Positions 20,330 through 31,000 of a DNA stretch of 64,000 nt are shown here, one piece after another. The notes beneath the pieces are model-generated. The model worked only from the letters and a program-made list of their open reading frames with translations. It ran no database searches and was not told the DNA's origin. The position numbers and the translations under genes are program-made. How positions within the stretch are numbered: the first letter of the stretch is position 1; every line of letters starts with the position of its first letter. The DNA is from a virus, in IMG/VR virus record IMGVR_UViG_3300015244_001866, positions 27,952-91,951 of that record; one strand, written 5' to 3'.

Positions 20330-20879
20330 AGAATTCAAAAATTACTACGTGCCAAATTTTCCAATATCGCGTGTTACCAACGAAGCCATGGATGGATGGA
20401 TACATAATCCCAACGATCAAAAATATCGTTATGGTTTTATAGAAGGCATACTTGAGCATATTGAAAATACAGGCTATTGCGAACCTGTAAGAATTGCCAT
20501 AAACTCAGATATAGACATTGCCGCTGGTCCATGTGGCCTCGCTAGATTTTATGGATTTAAACACTACAAGAAAGCCACACATATTCCAGCATTGGTAAAC
20601 ACTAGAGAACTCAAAGATTGGTTTGGACCAGACGTTAGAGAAATAACCACAGAAGAAGAATTTTACAGCCTGTTCTTATTCAAACCCCATCAGGTTAGTT
20701 TTGAACTCAACGGACAGATCATCTGGTGGAACAAACGTCCTGATCCAGAAACTGCTCGACGCACTATGAAAATTAAAAACATTGACAGATGGGTACGTTC
20801 AATTATGGAACCAGAAGAAGTGGCTCGACTAGAAGCACAGGAAAGAAGCACTAGGTCTAACCGAGCATTTTTACTATGA
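20322..20879 (+). CDS. Hypothetical protein (weak ParB/Srx-like N-domain pattern)
   Basis: Likely start is ATG 20322, overlapping the upstream gene end. 'LEHIENTGYCEPVRI....G..R.....K..HIPALV' loosely fits the ParB-like spacing. Confidence 0.5.
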   Translation: MDKEFKNYYVPNFPISRVTNEAMDGWIHNPNDQKYRYGFIEGILEHIENTGYCEPVRIAINSDIDIAAGPCGLARFYGFKHYKKATHIPALVNTRELKDWFGPDVREITTEEEFYSLFLFKPHQVSFELNGQIIWWNKRPDPETARRTMKIKNIDRWVRSIMEPEEVARLEAQERSTRSNRAFLL

Positions 20880-21700
20880 GGCAGTATTTTTTTATGTCTG
20901 GACTGCCTAGAAGCGGTAGCACCCTGCTTGGTGCTCTACTGAATCAGCATCCTGAACTACACTGTGGTGCTATCAGTCCTGTGCTAGAAATAATGTATCA
21001 CACTGAGCAGTATTTTAAAACCAGCGAGCAGTACAATGCCTACCCCAAACCAGATCAAGCACATAAAATTGTCAGTAGCGTCATAGACAATTTTTATTCA
21101 GATATAGAAAAGCCATATATTGTAGATAAAAGTCGAGCTTGGCCAAACAATGTAGAAAGAATTACACAGTATATTACACCTAACGTTAAAATTATTTGTC
21201 CTGTGCGTTCTGTTGTGAATATCTTGGCTAGTTTTATTGCTCTAATACATCGTAATCCTGACGAAGTCAGCTATATTGACAAGGAATTAATTAACAAAGG
21301 CGTAAGTATAAATGATGTTAATCGTTGCCGTTACTTAATGAGTTCTGATGGAATAATTGATCAAAGCCTATATGCTTTTAGCCAAGGATTTGCCAAGGGT
21401 AAAGAATCTAATCTGCTGTTAGTAGAGTACGAAGATCTAGTCAGCAACACACAACAGACCATGGATCGCATTTATGCGTGGTTGGCTATCCCCAGTCACC
21501 AGCATGACCTAGAAAATATAGACAATAAATACAGGGAAGATGATGCGGTTTATGATCTAAAAGACATGCACGAAGTTAGGCCCAAAGTTGAAAAAACAGC
21601 TAGAAGACCTGAAGAAATACTGAGTGCAGATATTATAGAACAATACAAAGGCCTAGACTTTTGGAGAAAACCTAAAATCATCAAAAATTTTATTCTCTAA
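20876..21700 (+). CDS. PAPS-dependent sulfotransferase (Sulfotransfer_3 / tyrosylprotein-sulfotransferase-like)
   Basis: 5'-PSB loop 'SGLPRSGSTLL', 'VDKSRAW', 3'-PB 'RSVVNILASF', 'VEYEDLV'. Confidence 0.85.
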   Translation: MRQYFFMSGLPRSGSTLLGALLNQHPELHCGAISPVLEIMYHTEQYFKTSEQYNAYPKPDQAHKIVSSVIDNFYSDIEKPYIVDKSRAWPNNVERITQYITPNVKIICPVRSVVNILASFIALIHRNPDEVSYIDKELINKGVSINDVNRCRYLMSSDGIIDQSLYAFSQGFAKGKESNLLLVEYEDLVSNTQQTMDRIYAWLAIPSHQHDLENIDNKYREDDAVYDLKDMHEVRPKVEKTARRPEEILSADIIEQYKGLDFWRKPKIIKNFIL

Positions 21701-21709
21701 ACTGGGGCT

Positions 21710-24700
21710 ATGGCTGATTCAAACAGAAAAGGTGCGTTTTTATTATCTGATGTACGTCAGCGAAGTCTTGACGGCTTTTGGGAAACAGTTCAAACAAACG
21801 CACAGTTTGGATGGGCCGCTGGCGGACAAACTAGCCCATCTCTGGCTAACAGGATCAGTACTGTTGACCGTATAGATTTTGCCAATGATACTGTTACTGC
21901 CAGTATTCGAGGGCGTCTATCGGTGGGCCGAAGACAGCTAGCTGGAGTTAGCAATGCTAATTATGGTTGGTTTATTGGAGGTTTAACTCCAGCTCCTGCG
22001 GCCATTAGTCTTGTAGACCGTGTAGATTTTGCCAATGATAGTCCTACTTCAGCTACTACTCGAGGCCCGATAACTGCAACTACCTATGGTGGAAGCGCAG
22101 TAGGTAATCAGTATTTTGGTTGGCATGCAGGAGGGCTCACACCTACTATAACATCTACGGTGACAAGAATAGCCTGGGCCAGTGACAGTCCCACAGCAGC
22201 CAGTGTTCGCGGACCTTTAAATCAAACATCCTATTCTCAGGCCGCAGTGTCTAATAATGTATATGGCTGGTGGGCTGGCGGATATGTTCCGGCAGCAACC
22301 AGTGTAGTGGGTCGTATCGATTTTAGCAATGATAGTCCCACAGCGGCCACAGTCAGAGGTCCGTTGAGTCTAGTAAGAACACAACTAGCAGGCGCGGCCA
22401 ATTCTAACTATGCCTGGTTTGCAGGGGGCCAACCTAGTCCCTATTCAAGAGTAGATAGAGTAGATTTTAGTAATGACACCCTAGTGGCAGTAGTTAGAGG
22501 AAACCTATCCACAGCCAAATACACACAGGCGGCCACTGGTAATCAAAATTATGCTTGGTTTACTGGAGGTTATAATCCTGGAACTATTAGCACGGTAGAC
22601 CGTATTGACTATAGTAATGACAGTCCTGCAAGTGCTAGTCCCCGTGGATTCATTGCGACACGTAGTAGTCATGCCGCAGTAGCAGGTATAGCAAACCTAC
22701 CGCAATATCCTACTCAGATGTCTCTGGGTACTAATCAACCACTAGCAGGATATGGTTGGTTTGGTGGCGGGTACAATGCTGTTGGAGTTGTGTCTTATGT
22801 AGACCGTATAGACTTTTCCAACGATAGTCCTACTAGTGCTAGTCCTCGTACAAATATTGATTTTCGGGCGTACATGGGCGCCACAGGCAATGCCAATTAC
22901 GGATGGTTTGCTGGAGGTAGTCCTGGGCCGTTAAGCTCAGTAGCTCGTATAGATTACTCTAATGACAGTCCTGCGGGTGCCAGCCCCCGCGGTCCGTTAA
23001 ACTTTTCCCTCTTGCGTAGTGCTGCCACTGGCAATAGTAACTATGGGTGGTTTGCGAGTGGCAGGAATACACCCCTCACGCCTACCGCCGGATTTAGTCT
23101 TGTCGACCGTATAGATTACAGTAATGATAGTCCTACAAGTGCCAGTCCTCGTGGATTATTAAGTCAAGCTAGGTATGGATCAGCTGCCACAGGTAATGCT
23201 AATTATGGGTGGTGGGCTGGCGGATACGGGACACCGGTCCACAGTCAAATAGAAAGAATTGACTTTAGTAATGATAGCCCTGCCGCATCAAGTTTAAGGG
23301 GTTTACAGCCTCAAGGATTGGGAGGTCAGGCTGCTACAAGTAACGCAAATTACGGTTGGTTTGGCGGCGCCGGCTTAAACCCGGTAGGCGGGCCATTAAG
23401 TGTGGTAAATCGTATAGATTTTAGCAATGACAGCCCCACTGCCGCCAGTCCTCGAGGCCTATTAAGTGTAGCTAGGGGGTCGTTATCAGCCGCAGGTAAT
23501 GCCAACTATGGATGGTTTAGTGGAGGTGGGCCGGGACCTACTGCTCCTTTTATTTCTAGTATTGTAGACCGTATAGATTACAGTAATGATAGTCCAACAA
23601 GCGCCAGTCCTCGTGGATTATTAAGTCAAGCTAGGACCGGGCTCGGAGGTACTTCAAACTACGTCAAGCCCAGTATTGGTCAAATTAAACTGGCTGATCC
23701 GTTTATTGGCGGTCTTACTGACGGTACCTATGGCTGGTTTGGCGGTGGTTACGCCGCAGGAGCTCCGTCGGTCATCTATAGCCGAATCGATCGTATTGAT
23801 TTTTCAAATGATAGTCCTGCTACTGCTAGTGTTCGAGGAATATTAAATGTCCAACGAAGAGATCTTGCCGCTACAGGTAATGCCAACTATGGCTGGTTTG
23901 TAGCCGGCAGAGATCCAACATTCCGTTCTAGTATTGACCGCGTATCTTGGGCCAATGATAGTCCTACCAGTGCCAGTGCCCGTGGATTTTTAAGCTCAGA
24001 GAGAATACGCCATACAGGCACCGGTAATGCCAACTACGGCTGGTTTGCTGGCGGACAAACAAGTAGTCCAGGCGCCATTTCTACTGTAGATCGTATAGAC
24101 TACGCTAATGATAGTCCTACTAATACTACTATCCGTGGTCCATTATCAAGTATTCGACTCTGGCCTATGGCTACCGCTAATGCCAATTATGGATGGTTTG
24201 GTGGCGGGTACAATGCCGCATTTTTTAGCCTAGTAGACCGCATAGATTTTTCAAACGATAGCCCCACTGCGGCTAGTCCTCGTGGCGTATTGAGTTCAGC
24301 TAGATATAAAATATCTGCAACCAGCAATGCCAACTACGGTTGGTTTGTTGGAGGAATTATCCTTGGCGGTAGTTTAGTTAGTACTGTAGATCGTATAGAT
24401 TTTTCAAATGATTCGCCTACTTCCGCTAGCCCTCGAGGCCCACTAACCGCAATCAGATATCAACAGGCTGGTGCTGGAAATATAGGCTACGGCTGGCATG
24501 GGGGCGGATTCACTCCGGGCGGCAATCAAAGTTCGGTAGAACGAATAAATTACTCTAATGATAGTCCTACATCCGCTAGTGTTCGAGGACCATTGAGTGT
24601 AAGTCGTTATTCGTTAGGTGCTTCTTCAAATTATGTTAAGTTACCACCGCAGATTAATGTTGCACAATATAACATAGGAACAGCTAGAGCAAGTACCGGT

Positions 24701-25594
24701 GCCGGTACATTTGGATGGTTCAGTGGCGGCGCTCCTGGTACATATTCAAACGTAGATCGCATTGATTTTGCCAATGACACAGCGTCACCTAGTGCTCGAG
24801 GCAACTTGCCGTTTGGAATGTTTTTCCATGCTTCCGCAGGTAATGCTAACTATGGATGGTTAGCATGTGGCAATAATCCCGCTAACAATAGTCTCGTACA
24901 TCGAATAGATTACGCAAATGATAGTCCAACTAGTGCTAGCCCTCGCGGACCGCTGACTGTTGGTAGATCTGTTCCTATTGCCACAGCCAATAGTAACTAT
25001 GGATGGTTTGCTGGTGGCGTACCGGGACCATTAAGCACAGTAGACCGAATAGATTTCGCCAACGACAGTCCTGTTATTTCTGGCATTCGTGGTCCGTTGT
25101 CCTTTGCTCGTGGATACTCTGCGGCAACAGGCAATGCTAATTACGCATGGTTCAACGGTGGCGAACTTAATATTTCTACCGTAGATCGAATAGATTACGC
25201 AAATGATAGTCCAACTAGTGCTAGCCCTCGCGGACCGTTAAGCAACTCAGTTAGTTATTCCGGCGCAGGCATAGGAAATGCCAACTATGGATGGTTTGCT
25301 GGTGGCCAAACGCCTGGTAATCCAGGAGGAAATGCTACTGTGAGTCGTATAGATTTTGCCAACGACACCACTACTGGAACTGCACGGGGTCTGTTAGCTA
25401 TTGCTAGATATCAATTAGCTGCCGCCGGTAATGCTAACTATGGATGGTTTGCCGCTGGAAGTAATACAGGAGCAGATTTTAGCCATGTAGATCGCATAGA
25501 TTTTGCTAATGATAGTCCTACATCCTCTTCTCCACGTTCTGTATTACCGTTTGTTCGTCGTGGAGGTGCTGGCACATCAAACTATGTAGCATAA
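21710..25594 (+). CDS. Kelch-like repeat protein 2 (24 repeats; 4 x 6-blade propeller)
   Basis: Same repeat unit and same inter-domain linkers as 15653-19651. Confidence 0.75.
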   Translation: MADSNRKGAFLLSDVRQRSLDGFWETVQTNAQFGWAAGGQTSPSLANRISTVDRIDFANDTVTASIRGRLSVGRRQLAGVSNANYGWFIGGLTPAPAAISLVDRVDFANDSPTSATTRGPITATTYGGSAVGNQYFGWHAGGLTPTITSTVTRIAWASDSPTAASVRGPLNQTSYSQAAVSNNVYGWWAGGYVPAATSVVGRIDFSNDSPTAATVRGPLSLVRTQLAGAANSNYAWFAGGQPSPYSRVDRVDFSNDTLVAVVRGNLSTAKYTQAATGNQNYAWFTGGYNPGTISTVDRIDYSNDSPASASPRGFIATRSSHAAVAGIANLPQYPTQMSLGTNQPLAGYGWFGGGYNAVGVVSYVDRIDFSNDSPTSASPRTNIDFRAYMGATGNANYGWFAGGSPGPLSSVARIDYSNDSPAGASPRGPLNFSLLRSAATGNSNYGWFASGRNTPLTPTAGFSLVDRIDYSNDSPTSASPRGLLSQARYGSAATGNANYGWWAGGYGTPVHSQIERIDFSNDSPAASSLRGLQPQGLGGQAATSNANYGWFGGAGLNPVGGPLSVVNRIDFSNDSPTAASPRGLLSVARGSLSAAGNANYGWFSGGGPGPTAPFISSIVDRIDYSNDSPTSASPRGLLSQARTGLGGTSNYVKPSIGQIKLADPFIGGLTDGTYGWFGGGYAAGAPSVIYSRIDRIDFSNDSPATASVRGILNVQRRDLAATGNANYGWFVAGRDPTFRSSIDRVSWANDSPTSASARGFLSSERIRHTGTGNANYGWFAGGQTSSPGAISTVDRIDYANDSPTNTTIRGPLSSIRLWPMATANANYGWFGGGYNAAFFSLVDRIDFSNDSPTAASPRGVLSSARYKISATSNANYGWFVGGIILGGSLVSTVDRIDFSNDSPTSASPRGPLTAIRYQQAGAGNIGYGWHGGGFTPGGNQSSVERINYSNDSPTSASVRGPLSVSRYSLGASSNYVKLPPQINVAQYNIGTARASTGAGTFGWFSGGAPGTYSNVDRIDFANDTASPSARGNLPFGMFFHASAGNANYGWLACGNNPANNSLVHRIDYANDSPTSASPRGPLTVGRSVPIATANSNYGWFAGGVPGPLSTVDRIDFANDSPVISGIRGPLSFARGYSAATGNANYAWFNGGELNISTVDRIDYANDSPTSASPRGPLSNSVSYSGAGIGNANYGWFAGGQTPGNPGGNATVSRIDFANDTTTGTARGLLAIARYQLAAAGNANYGWFAAGSNTGADFSHVDRIDFANDSPTSSSPRSVLPFVRRGGAGTSNYVA

Positions 25595-25630
25595 TTTTTT
25601 GTCAGTATAATATCAGCATTAAATACCTAT
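25595..25630 (+). promoter_or_regulatory. Conserved post-propeller junction 2 with late promoter TAAATA (25620-25625)
   Basis: TTTTTT...CAGCATTAAATACCTAT-ATG; same 36-bp length as junction 1. Confidence 0.65.
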
Positions 25631-26551
25631 ATGAAATCAGGCGCTACAGAAAGCAATTACGTTTATCTTTCTAAATATTTAGAATTTCCCAAAGAAGTTC
25701 ATGTCAGTCATAGCCCACAAAAACTTGCTGTCAGCACTGCCCCTATTAAGATCATTTGGAGTCAGCACAGTTATGATCAACCATGTTATCTTAATTTTGA
25801 TCATACCACGGTGGACTGTATAGTTTGTCCTAGCCAGTGGCTAAAACAGCAATTTGTAAAATATCATAAAATTCCAGAACATAAACTTGTGGTAATACCA
25901 AATGGGGTCAGTGACAAATTTAAATACAGCGAAAAGAAAACCAAAACTCTAATACACACCAGCATACCTTATAAAGGCCTGGCACTATTAACTAAAATAT
26001 TTCCCTTGGTTAGACAGGCACACCCTGACTGCGAACTCAAGATATTTTCAAGCATGAGCCTCTACAGTGAAGTTACTGAAGATCCCTATGTTGAAGTTTA
26101 TTCACAATTAATTAGGATGCCGGGTGTGCTGTATAATCCAGCGGTAGACAGTGACCTCTTAGTTGAACACTATCAATCTTCGGCACTGTTTGTGCATCCA
26201 AACATTTGGGAAGAAACAGCCTGCGTTAGCCTAATGGAAGCACAGAGATCAGGGTGCTATCCTATCCTCAGCGATATAGGAGCTCTTTCAGAAACCAGCG
26301 GAGAATTAGCCACGCTGGTGCCTATGGATGGAGTTCAAACCACAAGCGGGTGGCGAGTCACAGACCACTTTATAAATACCTTCGCACAGGCAGTTATTGA
26401 TGCGTTGGATCATTTTGATAAAAATCGTAGTTTCTATGACGAAATATCAAGACAGTGTGCGCTACATGCCGCTCGCAATCATGATTGGTCTGTGGTAGCA
26501 GAACAATGGAAAAAATTATTAAGGAATCTAGATGAAAAAGTCAGACGTTAA
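25631..26551 (+). CDS. GT-B glycosyltransferase (GT4-like)
   Basis: 'VIPNGV', 'HTSIPYKGL', and an EX7E motif in 'WEETACVSLMEAQRSGCYPILSDIGALSET'. Paralogue of 40856-41773. Confidence 0.8.
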   Translation: MKSGATESNYVYLSKYLEFPKEVHVSHSPQKLAVSTAPIKIIWSQHSYDQPCYLNFDHTTVDCIVCPSQWLKQQFVKYHKIPEHKLVVIPNGVSDKFKYSEKKTKTLIHTSIPYKGLALLTKIFPLVRQAHPDCELKIFSSMSLYSEVTEDPYVEVYSQLIRMPGVLYNPAVDSDLLVEHYQSSALFVHPNIWEETACVSLMEAQRSGCYPILSDIGALSETSGELATLVPMDGVQTTSGWRVTDHFINTFAQAVIDALDHFDKNRSFYDEISRQCALHAARNHDWSVVAEQWKKLLRNLDEKVRR

Positions 26552-27515
26552 AATTGTAACAGGCGAAGAAGCCATTAAAGAAGACAGCGGATATCTTGAA
26601 CAGGTGTTCAAAGAAATCTACAAATGGGAAGAAGAAGACAAAGAACTTGCACAAGGTCGTTCAAATTTTCAAATTGAAAAATTCTTCTTACTAGATGCAC
26701 ATACAATACCGGCTGCGTTTCAAGCCGCACTGAAAAATCGTCGTGTTATGGCAGAAGGATTTATGCAGAAGATTCTAGAAATGAAAGAAAAACAACGAGA
26801 GTTTGACTACAAGTGGAAAGGCAAAGATCCCAATGAACCGCAATTTTGGAAAACACATGGCCCAGGTGGCGGTGGCGAAAAACTCTGCTGGTATGATCTA
26901 GACAAACTACAGTTAGAAAACTATATCAAGACCAGTGAATTAGAAATTCGTGATCGAGTATATCAAATTGAGTTCTTAGATAAGATCCTAAATCGCTTGG
27001 TTGAAATTAACGGCGGCCCTATCAGCAGAGATCAATTCAACGAAGAAGATCATATCTATTGGGAACGTCGATTTGCTGAGCAGGCCTTTGACAACATCAT
27101 GCAGAGTCGTACGGGAATTGACCTAGGTACTATCCATAGTATGCGCCGTGCCACAGCACCTACACTGCTCGACGATGATATTAATCGTTGTAAAAATGGA
27201 TTTCCGAGTCTCGGCGATGCCATGGATCCTGCACGTAACATGGATTTCCTTGTTGAACTACAGAAGAAAATTACTGACGGTTACGAGGAAATTACTGAAA
27301 AGAACATGGACGATGGCCTACCACATCAACGCAGTCGTCGTTACGAGCTAGACCATCAACAACGAGCACTGTTAGAACGTCAAAAACAAGAGTTGACCAA
27401 CAATGATCGCGGCAGTAATGTACCTACAACACCTGCACAAGATGCACATACTCGAGCAGAAGGTTTTAAAAACAGTCTGTATAACAGTGACGCAGGAATG
27501 AAACTGTACAAGTAA
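26532..27515 (+). CDS. Hypothetical charged alpha-helical/coiled-coil protein
   Basis: 327-aa ORF coupled to its neighbours, E/K/R/Q-rich. No catalytic motif recognised. Confidence 0.6.
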   Translation: MKKSDVKIVTGEEAIKEDSGYLEQVFKEIYKWEEEDKELAQGRSNFQIEKFFLLDAHTIPAAFQAALKNRRVMAEGFMQKILEMKEKQREFDYKWKGKDPNEPQFWKTHGPGGGGEKLCWYDLDKLQLENYIKTSELEIRDRVYQIEFLDKILNRLVEINGGPISRDQFNEEDHIYWERRFAEQAFDNIMQSRTGIDLGTIHSMRRATAPTLLDDDINRCKNGFPSLGDAMDPARNMDFLVELQKKITDGYEEITEKNMDDGLPHQRSRRYELDHQQRALLERQKQELTNNDRGSNVPTTPAQDAHTRAEGFKNSLYNSDAGMKLYK

Positions 27516-27516
27516 A

Positions 27517-28098
27517 ATGAAACAGAGACTAGTTTCAGCGGATCGTTTCTATGACGATCCGTATTCATTTAGAAAACAGGCATTGGCTGCAGAATACAGC
27601 GGCAATATTAGTACAGCATCGTATCTTACAGAAGAAGCCATGGCTAAATTTAGTCATATGGCGCAGGCTAATTTAGAACCGGTAGCTGACTCACTGTCTG
27701 GACACTTTGTAAAAACATTAGCTGACACTGAGATTAAACCCGTAAATGCCATACCCTTAGCCGACTGGGTAGGCCTAGTATATCTCACACTGCCAACACA
27801 GGCAGAAGGCAGTCCTGCATTGAGTCTTTATACACACAAAAAAACAGGTTTAGAATCTGTACCCACTGATATAGAATTTAGACTGGGAAATTGGACCTGC
27901 TTAGATGAAATATTAGAAGGTTTTGTAGGTGTGGATGGACTAAATGAATCTGCATGGACTACTTGGTACACCCTGTATCAACGATGGAATCGAGTTATAT
28001 TGTTTGATGCTCGCTGCTGGCATCAAGAACTACAAGGATTTGGAGACACTATAAATAACTGTAGATTATACCAGTTATTTTATCTAAGGAATAGATAA
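27517..28098 (+). CDS. DUF6445-type 2OG-Fe(II) oxygenase paralogue lacking the HxD motif
   Basis: Aligns with 19688-20329 (DRFYDDP..FRKQAL; DWVGLVYL; WNRVILF; WH; FGDTINNCRLYQLFY) but has 'VNAIP' in place of 'IHVDP'. Confidence 0.65.
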   Translation: MKQRLVSADRFYDDPYSFRKQALAAEYSGNISTASYLTEEAMAKFSHMAQANLEPVADSLSGHFVKTLADTEIKPVNAIPLADWVGLVYLTLPTQAEGSPALSLYTHKKTGLESVPTDIEFRLGNWTCLDEILEGFVGVDGLNESAWTTWYTLYQRWNRVILFDARCWHQELQGFGDTINNCRLYQLFYLRNR

Positions 28099-31000
28099 GT
28101 GTCATTAAACAACCCTCAGATTACCAGTTATAGAGATACATTTCTCTTAGATGCAACGCACTCTCGTAGATTAAACAACGATTGGCCTGATGGCAGTCCT
28201 TCAAACCCTGGAACTTATGGTTGGTTTGGGGGCGGATATGTTCCCGGGGCTTCTAGTACCGTGGATCGTATAGATTTTGCCAATGATAGTCCTACAAGTG
28301 CTAGCCCCCGCGGCCTGTTAAGTCAAGCTAGGGGATATATATCAGCCACGGGTAACGCAAGCTACGGATGGTTTGCTGGTGGAACTGCTGCCCCTGGCTC
28401 AATCAGTACCGTAAACCGCATTGACTATAGTAATGATAGTCCTACAAGTGCTAGTGTTCGAGGACCATTATTAATAGCTCGTCATGCGTTAGCCGCTACA
28501 GGTAACGCAAATTATGGATGGTTTGGTGGTGGACAAATTCCCACTCCTAACTTCATGGCAAGTAATGTAGAACGAATAGACTATAGTAACGATAGTCCTA
28601 CAAGTGCCAGCCCTCGTGGATTTTTAAGTCTAGCCAGAACGGAGCCCGGGGCTACTAGTAATGCCAACTACGGATGGTGGGCTGGTGGCTGGTTTCCAGG
28701 CAGCCCGGCTACTTATACCACAATAGACCGTGTTGATTTTTCTAATGACAGTCCTGCCTCTGCCAGTCCTCGAAATCCTTTATTATCTCAAACAAAACTC
28801 GGCACGGCGGGGTTTGGCAATGCTAACTTTGGATGGTTTGCTGGCGGCGATGGCGGCGGACCGGTCTCGCCTGCCGCATCGTCATATGTTGATAGAATAG
28901 ATTACAGTAATGATAGTTCTACTGCAGGGACCAGTATTCGGGGATCGTTAATAGTGGCCAGAAGCCGGGCAGCCGGTTCAGCAAATTCTGCATTCGGATG
29001 GGTAGGTGGCGGCTGGGTGCCGGGCTCGAGAAGTTGGGTTGAAAGAATTGATTTTGCCAATGATACAGTAAGTGCAACTACTAGGGGCCCGTTGAGCCAG
29101 ACTCGATATGGGTTAGGCGGCACATCAAACTATGTTAAAACTGTTCCCAGCACACTGTATCCTACACAGAATTCTCTGGGTACTAATCAACCACTAGCAG
29201 GCTATGGTTGGATGGCCGGCGGACTAACTCCTACCGCTGTATCTAGTGTAGACCGTATTGATTTTGCCAATGATTCGCCTACCACCACCAGTTCTCGAGC
29301 ACCGTTAAACAGAACACATAGAAGAGATGCAGCCGCTGTGAGCAACGGCAACTATGGTTGGTTTGGGGGAGGCTATGGGCCCGCCGCAAACAACAGTACT
29401 ATTGACCGTGTTGATTTTGCCAACGACCTTGTTAATTCGCAAAATCGAGGATTATTAAACAACAGTAAAATTTATTCAGCAGCCACAGGTAATTCCAACT
29501 ATGGTTGGTTCTTTGGCGGTGTTAATCCGGGCTCAACTCCTCAAAATGTCAGAATAGACCGTATAGACTACAGTAATGATCTAGTTCTTGCCAGCATACG
29601 CGGTGCGCTCCCTCCAATTACCGCGGCATGGCAACAAGGATCTGCAGGTAATGCCAACTACGGTTGGTTTGCTGGCGGCTATCAAGGTGTACCTCCGGCG
29701 ACTCGAGTTGCCAGCATATATAGATATGATTATTCTAATGATAGCCCCACCTCTGCCAGTCCCCGTGGCAGTTTGTCTTTAGCACGAACTTTACTTGCTG
29801 GTACCGGCAATGCCAACTATGGTTGGTTTGCTGGTGGAAATACCCCAGCGGCTCCTATAAATAAAAGTACCGTTGACCGTATAGACTATTCAAATGACAC
29901 TGGAACTGCCAGCATCCGCGGACCTCTAACTGCGGCCAAAGGCTGGGTAACGGCCACAGGCAATGCCAACTACGGATGGTGGTTTGGTGGCGCAGTCGGG
30001 TCAGCAATAAGCAATATAGACCGTATAGATTTTGCCAACGATTCGCCTACAGCGGCCACAGCACGTGGTTTTCTAAGCAGTGCCAGATATAGAACTGCTG
30101 GTGCTGTATCCAACTATGTCGGGCCCAGTATTGGTCAAATTAAACTAGCTGAGCCGTTTATTGGCGGTCGTACTGACGGTACCTATGGCTGGTGGGCAGG
30201 TGGTACTGACGGTACCAATTCCCTAAGTACCATAGATCGCGTTGATTTTGCCAATGACAGTCCTACTGCCTCTAGTCCTCGTGGTATACTAACTCAAGTT
30301 CGAACAGCTATAGGATCTGCAAGTAATTCTAATTATGGGTGGTATGCCGGAGGCACCCTTCCTGCTCCATCAAGTTCTCGTGTAGATCGTATTGATTTTG
30401 CCAATGACAGTCCTACATCTGCCTCTATTCGCGGAGGATTATCAGTAGCAAGATTTGGATTAGCTGGCATAGGTACTGCCAATTATGGATGGTTTGGTGG
30501 TGGAAAACCCTCGGCTGCTGGTGGTACTAGTGTAGTAGACCGCGTGGATTTTGCCAATGATAGTCCTACCACTGCCAGCGTTCGTGGACCACTAACTTCA
30601 ACTAGATACTCTCTCTCTGGCACCAGCAATGCCAACTATGGATGGTGGGCAGGTGGCATGACATCAATTACAGCAATTACTACAGTTAATAGGCACGATT
30701 TTGCTAACGATACTATTACAGTCAGCACTCGAGGCCCATTAACTTCAGCGGCCTATATAATGGGCAGTGCAGGAAATCAAAATTATGGTTGGTTTGGTGG
30801 CGGGTACACCACTGTGCCAATAGCAACTGTACAACGTATCGATTTTGCCAACGATAGTCCTACTTCTGCCTCTACTAGAACATCATTGCCCGCCGCTCGA
30901 CAAAACCTGTCAGCAGCCGGTACTAGTGCCTACGGCTGGTGGGCAGGCGGACAAAGAAATACTCCCACTCTATACTACAGTATAGTTACTCGTATTGACT

